Shown here: piece after piece, positions 7,862 through 14,221 of the stretch | How positions within the stretch are numbered: the stretch's first letter is position 1 | Layout: each line of letters opens with the position of its first letter | Assembly (NCBI GenBank): GCA_052168235.1 | Contig: JBQLZK010000110.1 | Coordinates: forward strand, 1 to 14,221 | Direction: 5' to 3' | Source of the DNA: Thainema sp. | GTDB lineage: Bacteria; Cyanobacteriota; Cyanobacteriia; Phormidesmidales; Phormidesmidaceae | DNA: 14,221 nt | Notes under the pieces: generated by a model | Told to the model about the DNA's origin: nothing | What the model saw: the letters and a program-made list of their open reading frames with translations, nothing else | The model's database searches: none | Made by a program: the position numbers and the translations under genes

Positions 7862-8728
7862 TTACAAAATAGACTTTCTATATCTTTCTGTCGTCCATAA
7901 ATCTATATTCCAAAACTCCTCGACTTCGTATTTGCCATCGACCCATCGTATTCCCCAGTGATAATACTGCACAGGTTCTACTGCATCGTTGAGTCCAATC
8001 GCTATGCAGCGACCAACGATATCAGCCTTTTCTCCTCTCTTATAGTATTTTTCAGCATTACATGCACTTGCAGACGGTATTCTGAAGCCCATATCTTGTT
8101 TAACTACTTGTATGAATGAATTAGCTAATTGCTCAAGCTTCTCGCTGACTTCCCATTTATATGTGTACTCTAGCTCTTCCATAGCACAACCAAGCATCAT
8201 GGCAGTATATAGCGCTGCCGTTTCTCTGAGAGCAGCAACTACATAGGGCGAACCAAAAGCACAGGCCATACCAACAAGGGAGCAGTCATCATCGGAACAC
8301 AGAGCTTTGGCCTCTTCTATCACCTTATTGAGGTTCCAATCTGGCGCAAGCTTCTCCAAAGATTTTGCAACTACATCTTTGCGTCTTGGCAATAGGCCAG
8401 ATCTATCTTTATCGGGCTGTCCAAAAACTTTTGATCCACAGACTCTTGATAAACGTTCTAAGTTATTCTTGGATCTAATAACTTTGCTTTTACTGCTGCT
8501 ATCAATATCTTGCAATCTCCTCACAAGCTTAAAATATTCTGTCAACTCTGGCGTTTCATGATAATATCCCTCTACGGGACAGTCTTTTGGTTCGATGCCC
8601 AATTCTGATGCAATATTTCTAGCGCATTCTAATAGCTCATTGGACTCAATAAATTTCATTTTATCTCTGAAAAAGTCATCCAGAGCAAGCAGAAAGATAT
8701 CGTCCGTAACAACGCAAATATCAACCAT
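7862..8728 (-). CDS. Hypothetical protein (start at 8728 or 8659), weak DUF3160-like motifs
   Basis: Long, AT-rich ORF with no HIP1. Segments EGYYHETPELTEYF and ALRETAALY stand out. Confidence 0.72.
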   Translation of the reverse strand: MVDICVVTDDIFLLALDDFFRDKMKFIESNELLECARNIASELGIEPKDCPVEGYYHETPELTEYFKLVRRLQDIDSSSKSKVIRSKNNLERLSRVCGSKVFGQPDKDRSGLLPRRKDVVAKSLEKLAPDWNLNKVIEEAKALCSDDDCSLVGMACAFGSPYVVAALRETAALYTAMMLGCAMEELEYTYKWEVSEKLEQLANSFIQVVKQDMGFRIPSASACNAEKYYKRGEKADIVGRCIAIGLNDAVEPVQYYHWGIRWVDGKYEVEEFWNIDLWTTERYRKSIL

Positions 8729-8754
8729 ACTGTCACCTATTCATAAGTAGTGAG

Positions 8755-8803
8755 AAAAGCGCGATCGCACTTTTAATGAACAGTTGATGAATGTGCGATC
8801 GCA
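8755..8803. repeat. HIP1 doublet
   Basis: AAAAGCGCGATCGCACTTTT (core 8761-8768) and GTGCGATCGCA (core 8795-8802). The radical SAM stop codon (8773-8775) lies between the two cores. Confidence 0.9.
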
Positions 8804-10161
8804 TCTACTGCATCAACTGTTTCGCGAATCGATGAATAGCGATCGGTTCCCTCAAAGCTCATCGGTTCATTCTTGCTCAGCGCTTTCCAGCCGTAGAACA
8901 GATTCATGATGCCGCACATCATCATCGCTCCTCCGCGTAAGGTGAAGAGAGAGCGGCCAATTCTCCGCAAGACTGAGCGCAAACTAAACGCCGATCGCCA
9001 CAAGTCCCGATGGGCCTGCAACAGCTCGGCGGCGGTCATGTGATTGGGCAGGAACGTCACGTTATAGCCGTTGTAAAACTCCCAGCCGAGATGCGATCGC
9101 AACCGACCCGCATCCTGCATCTTTGCATAGGAGCGCGTGCCTTTGAAGGGCGTAAGAATGCTCAAAAACGGTACATCAACGCCAATTTCCTCCAGTTGAT
9201 TTGCCATATCCCGAATGCTCTCCGGCGTATCACCATCCAAACCAGAGATGAACCCAGCCATTACGCCAATGCCGCGATCGTGCAGCTTTTGAATTTTGCT
9301 GCGGTACTCATTCACTTTATTTTGCCGCTTCCCCGCGTCGATTAGCGACTCCAGACCAAAGGACTCAATGCCAAAGAAAATGCCGATGCAGCCCGAATCC
9401 CGCATCAGATCCAGCAGTTCGTCATCCAGGGTGATATCCATACTGGCTTGGGTCAACCACCACTTCCGCAGGGGAATCATCTGGCGCAGCAGTTCCTTGA
9501 TATAGGGTCGATTGGCCGTTAGGTTATCATCCCAAAACCAGACCAACTTGCGCTGCCACCACCACTTGAAATCGTTGTAGCGGATGTCGTTGAGCACCGC
9601 TTCAATCGGACGAGTACGAAAGCCTGGATTCAGGGTGGGAACGGTGCAAAAGGAGCAGGAAAACGGACAGCCGCGCGTCGCTTGCACCACTCGCCGCACA
9701 GCGTATTTAGGCGAGAGCAGGTCGTAGCGCGGTGTGGGAATATCGGTCAGCGGCAGGGCTTCGCCAACGTAGCGGGGCTGCAACCGATTCTGTTCAATAT
9801 CCTGAAACATCTGCGCCCAGACCGACTCGCCTTCGCCAATCACAACGCTATCGACAAACCGCAGCGCTTCCTCTGGCGCAAAGGTGACGTGTGGGCCACC
9901 CGCAATGGTGATCTTGCCGCGATCGCGATATTCAGTCGCCAAACGATAGGCTTCTGGAGCAAAGCCACTGAAGAACGAGAGCACGACTACATCCGCATCG
10001 CTATCGAGGTTTACGGGCTCAACCTGCTGGTGAATCACTCGAACGGTATGCTGAGCCGGGGTGAGTGCTGCCAGGTGAATCCCGGTCAGCGGCGGCACAA
10101 AATCAGCCTCATGGCCATTGCGATAGCGCTGAATATAGACGATGACAATATCAATTTTCAT
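8773..10161 (-). CDS. B12-binding-domain radical SAM protein (462 aa)
   Basis: [11 protein letters not shown] (CxxxCxxC), N-terminal GGPHVT..PEEA and VVIGEGE, plus DDNL, GIES and GLDGDT. The likely start is ATG 10161 (MKIDIVIV) after GGTGGAAAG, not 10350. Confidence 0.92.
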   Translation of the reverse strand: MKIDIVIVYIQRYRNGHEADFVPPLTGIHLAALTPAQHTVRVIHQQVEPVNLDSDADVVVLSFFSGFAPEAYRLATEYRDRGKITIAGGPHVTFAPEEALRFVDSVVIGEGESVWAQMFQDIEQNRLQPRYVGEALPLTDIPTPRYDLLSPKYAVRRVVQATRGCPFSCSFCTVPTLNPGFRTRPIEAVLNDIRYNDFKWWWQRKLVWFWDDNLTANRPYIKELLRQMIPLRKWWLTQASMDITLDDELLDLMRDSGCIGIFFGIESFGLESLIDAGKRQNKVNEYRSKIQKLHDRGIGVMAGFISGLDGDTPESIRDMANQLEEIGVDVPFLSILTPFKGTRSYAKMQDAGRLRSHLGWEFYNGYNVTFLPNHMTAAELLQAHRDLWRSAFSLRSVLRRIGRSLFTLRGGAMMMCGIMNLFYGWKALSKNEPMSFEGTDRYSSIRETVDAVDAIAHSSTVH

Positions 10162-10429
10162 AAGCTTTCCACCAACCGCACAGTATGCGTTGCTGGTTTT
10201 AAGTATGAATTGAGATCCACAATCCCGAACCGTAATGGATACAGTTCTTAGTTCTTTAAAGGCTGGCGGTAGAGAAAGTGCGGAGAGGTGCGATCGCAAC
10301 CGACTTGCGAAAAGATTTCTTACTGTAGTTTGTTCAACATTTCGCATCACCTACAAAAAATAGGGTTGGAAGCGGACGGTATTTTTTGCTTACCAAGTAC
10401 ATACGATTTTTTTGGCTTTATATTGAATC

Positions 10430-11440
10430 TTAACTCGTTGATATATAGTTGTCGCCAAATTCAAAATCTAATAGCTTCGTTGAATCTGAACCTTCAAAGC
10501 AAGACTCAATAAATGATATGAAGGTATTAGACGGTGTCGCTATACCGTAGCCAATTAAATCAGCCCGACCTTCAGCTCCTGCTGGTATTTGTGCAACAAC
10601 ACCTAACGCGAAACCGTCCTTTCCGACTATTGGTCCACCACTGTTACCACCCTTTATTCTTGCTGTAAACAAAAAATAAGTTTGTTTATCTAGATAAGAC
10701 TGCTCTAAACCCGTTAGCTGTCCAACTGTAGAACTCAAATAGCCAGATATATGTGCTTTTTCGGCAACTAATACGCTTTCAAATCCAGGAATTGGAGGAT
10801 AACCCATCGTAATGATATCTTCTAAAATATTTCCTTCTCTAAATAAGAAACCAGGAACACCATCGAAAGGGTTTTTCGTGTTAAATTTCAAAAAAGCAAG
10901 ATCTACGTTTTCTTCCAACGAAACATGAATGGCTGCCAAATTCTCTTCATCGAAACTCCAGCCTGGTATATATATTTTTCTCATTCCTTTTATACAATGT
11001 GCTGCTGTCGTAAAACCGCGAGTTGTAAAACTGCGATCAGACACTAGAAAGCCAGTTCCAATATCTTCTGTGCCATCTTCTCTTTCAACAATGATTGGAA
11101 AAACAGATTTTGAAAAGTAGTTGCGAATATAAGGAAATCCAAAGCAAAGAAATTCATAAGTTCCATATTCAGCAAGGTTATCATCAAATCTATAGCAATA
11201 ATAGTTATTGTTCAAAGGAGGAGCACCTCTCAACTCTGAACCAGCAGGAACTAAAATATTTTCCGCTTCCAATCTCCTGCATATCTGGTACACATCAAAA
11301 AGGCATTGAATTTTTTGATTATCATTTCCGATGAAGTCTCCAATCGATTTTGGACGTATGATTCCCTGAGCATCTCTTTTTCCATTGGCTATGAGAAAGT
11401 ATCTTGCAATATCAGTTGCAGTTAATTGCAAATTTTCCAT
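10430..11440 (-). CDS. Trypsin-like (S1) serine protease with an uncharacterised ~100-aa N-terminal domain
   Basis: GTGFLV, TAAHC (His), VDLAFL (Asp), GYP and GGNSGGP (Ser). No signal peptide or PDZ domain is visible. AT-rich, no HIP1. Confidence 0.9.
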   Translation of the reverse strand: MENLQLTATDIARYFLIANGKRDAQGIIRPKSIGDFIGNDNQKIQCLFDVYQICRRLEAENILVPAGSELRGAPPLNNNYYCYRFDDNLAEYGTYEFLCFGFPYIRNYFSKSVFPIIVEREDGTEDIGTGFLVSDRSFTTRGFTTAAHCIKGMRKIYIPGWSFDEENLAAIHVSLEENVDLAFLKFNTKNPFDGVPGFLFREGNILEDIITMGYPPIPGFESVLVAEKAHISGYLSSTVGQLTGLEQSYLDKQTYFLFTARIKGGNSGGPIVGKDGFALGVVAQIPAGAEGRADLIGYGIATPSNTFISFIESCFEGSDSTKLLDFEFGDNYISTS

Positions 11441-11682
11441 GATTTGTTATTCAAACACACATGCAAAGCTACATTGAACAAGTAATACCCTTATATTTTG
11501 CAAGTATAGGACAAAAATCATAGGCCAAACATAATAAGCTAGATCCCAATTTTCAGAAATTAGGCAGATTTTTTGCTGTTTAGCTCTCCATTTTCAGGAT
11601 GTTATTCATCAAAAATGCTAGATAGCATTCCAGATGCCGGAGTCATCCGACATTTTTCACGGTGTTGATAAGCAGATGGTGG

Positions 11683-11762
11683 AGGTACGATCGCAGGAGG
11701 TTTGTGAAATGAGAGTGCGATCGCATTTTTGATGAGTCGGTGGGAAAAGTGCGATCGTACCT
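11683..11762. repeat. HIP1 triplet with mutually inverted outer copies
   Basis: ACGATCGC at 11687-11694, GCGATCGC at 11717-11724 and GCGATCGT at 11751-11758. AGGTACGATCGCA (11683-11695) is the exact reverse complement of TGCGATCGTACCT (11750-11762). Confidence 0.9.
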
Positions 11763-11789
11763 AGCTCGTTAACCATCGAAGGAGTTACT

Positions 11790-12995
11790 GTGAATGGCAT
11801 GTTACTCCCCGATTTGATTCTTGCTGCCAGAGATCAGTCGTATCGTCGCGATCGGCTGCTGCTGCTTGCGTTTGAGCCTCAATCGCAATACTACGTCGAG
11901 CTTGAGTCAATCCGTTTGCTCAATACCGAGAAATCTGCAGAACTGCAAATCCTGAAAATTGTCCGAGCACCAGAATCTATCATTGTTGCGACTCAGCCCC
12001 TGCCCGGCACTGACGGAGACAAGAGCTGCTACCTGATTCAGCTTGATTTAACCCTGGCTGAAATCAAACGCATCGCGTTCAATAGCCTCACCGCATTAGA
12101 AACCGATGGAGAACACATTTTCATATCGGCAGAAGGCGATTTTATTGTCCTGAGCCTTGATTTAACAATTTTGAGCCGAGTTGAACTACAGGTTACAGGA
12201 CTGGCCAAAAAAGATGCCCACGGTATAGTTGTCCATCAAAAAATTGCCTATCTTCTGGATAACATTTTTGTCCCTGTGTTTATTTTCAAATTTGATTGCT
12301 CCGATCCCAAAAACATTTACCTTTTGGATAAGCAAGAGTTTGATGCTAGCCAGCCACACCTGGATGCTCAGTGGATTGATGCCGCTGCCCAGCGCTGGTA
12401 CGTTTTAGTTGACAACAGCAACCGATTCATCTCTGGACAGCACCTTTACATCACTGAAGCGGCGAACCCGCTGGCTGAGATCAAATTTCACATGGTTCGT
12501 CAGGACACCGTGGAAATCTGGAACTATCTCAGCGATCGCACAGGTAATAAAATATTGGCCTCCACTCAGATGGTGCCACCGTGGGTTGTGGTTAAAGAAG
12601 GCACGGCGGCAAACCGATATCTTCCTGAAAAGCTTTACCTTGCTAAAGTGATCTGCGATCGCGAATTTGTCCGGATTGAGCCGTGGTTAGATTTGTATCC
12701 GCTCATTCTGGAAGGGGCAGCGGATGAAGCGCCAGTTTGGCATGACGACTTCAACAAGTTTCTAATTCACGCAGCAGGCAACCGTCTGATTCTAATTGCG
12801 TCCCGTCGCAATCGGCTAATCACGAAAGAAGAGTGGACTACCGCGACCCGTCGAGAAGAACAGATTACAGAATGGCTCAACGTTGATGAAGCCGTTCTGT
12901 TGGTCATCGACACTCAGAATCAGCCCCAAATTCTCCTGAACCAGCGTTTTGAAATTGATAATCAGACTATCCAAACATTTGCACTCAGGGCATGA
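11790..12995 (+). CDS. Hypothetical beta-rich protein, possibly a beta-propeller (LVIVD-like blade)
   Basis: 401 aa, with AGGAG before the GTG start. AHGIVVHQKIAYLLD...IFKFDCSDPKNI resembles an LVIVD-type repeat. The fold call is inference. Confidence 0.7.
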   Translation: MNGMLLPDLILAARDQSYRRDRLLLLAFEPQSQYYVELESIRLLNTEKSAELQILKIVRAPESIIVATQPLPGTDGDKSCYLIQLDLTLAEIKRIAFNSLTALETDGEHIFISAEGDFIVLSLDLTILSRVELQVTGLAKKDAHGIVVHQKIAYLLDNIFVPVFIFKFDCSDPKNIYLLDKQEFDASQPHLDAQWIDAAAQRWYVLVDNSNRFISGQHLYITEAANPLAEIKFHMVRQDTVEIWNYLSDRTGNKILASTQMVPPWVVVKEGTAANRYLPEKLYLAKVICDREFVRIEPWLDLYPLILEGAADEAPVWHDDFNKFLIHAAGNRLILIASRRNRLITKEEWTTATRREEQITEWLNVDEAVLLVIDTQNQPQILLNQRFEIDNQTIQTFALRA

Positions 12996-13023
12996 TGAAT
13001 GTACTCATATTTTCTATTAACCC

Positions 13024-13072
13024 CCGAACAGATAATTTGCCGCCGTATCGCGGCGGCAAATTATCTGTTCGG
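13024..13072. repeat. Perfect palindrome with 22-bp arms and 5-nt loop (REP/MITE-like, may act as a terminator)
   Basis: CCGAACAGATAATTTGCCGCCG-TATCG-CGGCGGCAAATTATCTGTTCGG, starting 28 nt after the stop at 12995. Confidence 0.92.
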
Positions 13073-13251
13073 ATTTAGTCTGGGTAGTGGTATTCAGGTG
13101 ATGATTTTGAGAACTGCCTTAGTCTGCAAGGTAGCAACAGATGCAAAATGTGGGTGTGCGAACTTGATGTAAAATTTACAGCTATCTCTTCCTGAAACGA
13201 ATAGTCTAAATAGTCATAATCTATCAACGCTAGCTGTGGATTCCGAGGGAT

Positions 13252-13872
13252 ATGTCCAAGGGTAAGGATTGGCTTGTTACAGAAACTGGGCAGTGCCAGC
13301 CCTGCCCGACTGCCCGCGAATGGGATCTGCTGGAAACACCCTACCGTTTCCATCGCTTCTTGACAGAGGTCGAAGATACCCTCAATCAAGCCACTACGGA
13401 GCATCAGTGTGATTGTTTTCCTGAACTACGCCGACTCGTGCGAAAACTGGTGCTGAATTCCTACTGGTTGCACACTCAACGCCCCGAACCTTCTCCCGGA
13501 ACGGGAACAGCTATCCTTAACCTCTACGATGAAATTGGCTATCCCTTAACCGTTCAAGTTGAAACTCATAAACCCGGTACCCAATCATCCATTCACAATC
13601 ATGGAACCTGGGGCATTGTGGCGATTTTGCAAGGGCAGGAACATAACAGGCTGTGGCAACGAACCCCCGAGCCTGAATGTCCTGACAAGGTCAGTCCAGT
13701 TGAAGAAAAAATTTTGGCAGTCGGAGATGTGATTAGTTTTACACCAGCCGCCATTCATTCAGTACAGGCAATCGGCGAAGAATGGTTGGTCACGTTCAAC
13801 CTATACGGCGAAACCCACAGCCAACAGCGATTTGAATTCGATCCAATAACCTACCGAGCAAAGCATTACTGA
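13252..13872 (+). CDS. Cupin, cysteine-dioxygenase-like metal-dependent enzyme
   Basis: SSIHNHGTWG (HxH), GD...FTP.AIHSV (third His) and TFNLYG. Confidence 0.88.
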   Translation: MSKGKDWLVTETGQCQPCPTAREWDLLETPYRFHRFLTEVEDTLNQATTEHQCDCFPELRRLVRKLVLNSYWLHTQRPEPSPGTGTAILNLYDEIGYPLTVQVETHKPGTQSSIHNHGTWGIVAILQGQEHNRLWQRTPEPECPDKVSPVEEKILAVGDVISFTPAAIHSVQAIGEEWLVTFNLYGETHSQQRFEFDPITYRAKHY

Positions 13873-13881
13873 ATTGAATTT

Positions 13882-14169
13882 ATGATGCTGTATTGTCCTG
13901 GAGACGAGTGCCCACTGCGCCGCGATTGCTATCGTCATACTCAACCCTCACCGGGGCGGGACAGCTTTGCGTCTGTGCCTTACGATCCTGTGACCCAAAC
14001 CTGCGAATGGTTCACGTCCAATATTCCCAGTGCAGCGTTAATTCGTGAGACAGCCTATTATATTTGGCTACATCGTGGCCGTCCAGACAACTGCGCTGAG
14101 GAGCATTGGCAAGACGCGTATTTGAGTTTATGCCAGAACATGGGGCGAAATATCCTGGAACAGGACTAG
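13882..14169 (+). CDS. Cys-rich N-terminal domain fused to a DUF2934-like domain
   Basis: Cys at positions 5, 10, 16 and 41 (CPGDECPLRRDCYR...TCEWF), followed by IRETAYYIW..RGRP...AEEHW.DA. It starts 9 nt after the cupin stop. Confidence 0.78.
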   Translation: MMLYCPGDECPLRRDCYRHTQPSPGRDSFASVPYDPVTQTCEWFTSNIPSAALIRETAYYIWLHRGRPDNCAEEHWQDAYLSLCQNMGRNILEQD

Positions 14170-14221
14170 TGGTGCGTCAACAAATAGATGACGGCCAGCT
14201 AAAGTAAGAAAAACACCTCTT
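14167..14221 (+). mobile_element. End of an IS/MITE-like element (right copy)
   Basis: TAGTGGTGCGTCAACAAATAGATGACGGCCAGCTAAAG... is the reverse complement of 1-54. It begins at TA and has an internal CGTCA-N9-TGACG dyad. Confidence 0.75.

Noticed and set aside
9092..10304. 16-bp repeat TGCGATCGCAACCGAC at 9092-9107 and 10289-10304
   Set aside because: Half of it is HIP1, and one copy lies inside an intact CDS, so it is plausibly chance.
10162..10350. 63-aa N-terminal extension of the radical SAM ORF
   Set aside because: It crosses a junction HIP1 and looks non-coding. Family-like sequence and an RBS start at ATG 10161.
11614..11653. AATGCTA-GA-TAGCATT dyad and the adjacent weak hairpin
   Set aside because: Both are short, lie in AT-rich DNA and cannot be assigned to a regulator.
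4263..11762. HIP1 doublets/triplet, or GTTTCCAACC (4308-4317) and GGTTTGGAAAC (4634-4644), as a CRISPR array
   Set aside because: The repeats are only 8-15 bp with at most three units, there is no full-length CRISPR repeat and there are no cas genes.
7290..11780. Classical integron attC sites between the co-oriented genes
   Set aside because: I found no convincing RYYYAAC...GTTRRRY paired boxes and no integrase.
13168..13180. NtcA box
   Set aside because: The spacing is GTA-N5-TAC, not GTA-N8-TAC.
260..13404. Remaining short ORFs in the track (e.g. 325..618, 866..1171, 2911..3219, 9010..9345, 9682..10251, 13075..13404)
   Set aside because: They are antisense or out-of-frame shadows of well-supported genes and have no recognisable motifs.
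1..14221. Linear plasmid or phage with terminal inverted repeats
   Set aside because: There are no replication, terminal-protein or virion genes. The content is chromosomal-like, and the TA boundaries face inward.

Overview
This looks like a patchwork accessory region from a cyanobacterium. There are at least 14 exact HIP1 octamers (GCGATCGC), two Uma2/DUF820 genes and several cyanobacteria-typical small genes. The window ends are a perfect 54-bp inverted repeat (1-54 / 14167-14220), each bounded by TA on the inner side. These are most simply the ends of two IS/MITE copies at which the assembly broke. Gene content, in order: Uma2; a HEPN-motif DUF4209-like protein; an atypical panB with a structured leader; two small conserved genes; a small gene divergent from an XRE regulator; a DUF488-DUF488-dual-OB operon whose third gene is frameshifted; a truncated Uma2; two hypotheticals; a B12-binding radical SAM enzyme; a trypsin-like protease; a beta-rich hypothetical; a 22-bp-arm palindrome; a cupin; and a Cys-rich/DUF2934 fusion. 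The strongest unexplained pattern is architectural. Unrelated gene modules of visibly different base composition are joined at extended HIP1 palindromes (AGTGCGATCGCACTT-type), often as doublets or a triplet about 30 bp apart. panB sits between 15-bp HIP1-centred direct repeats. This suggests HIP1-mediated, cassette-like gene capture with no integrase in the window. All family assignments come from motif recognition and memory; no database search was run.
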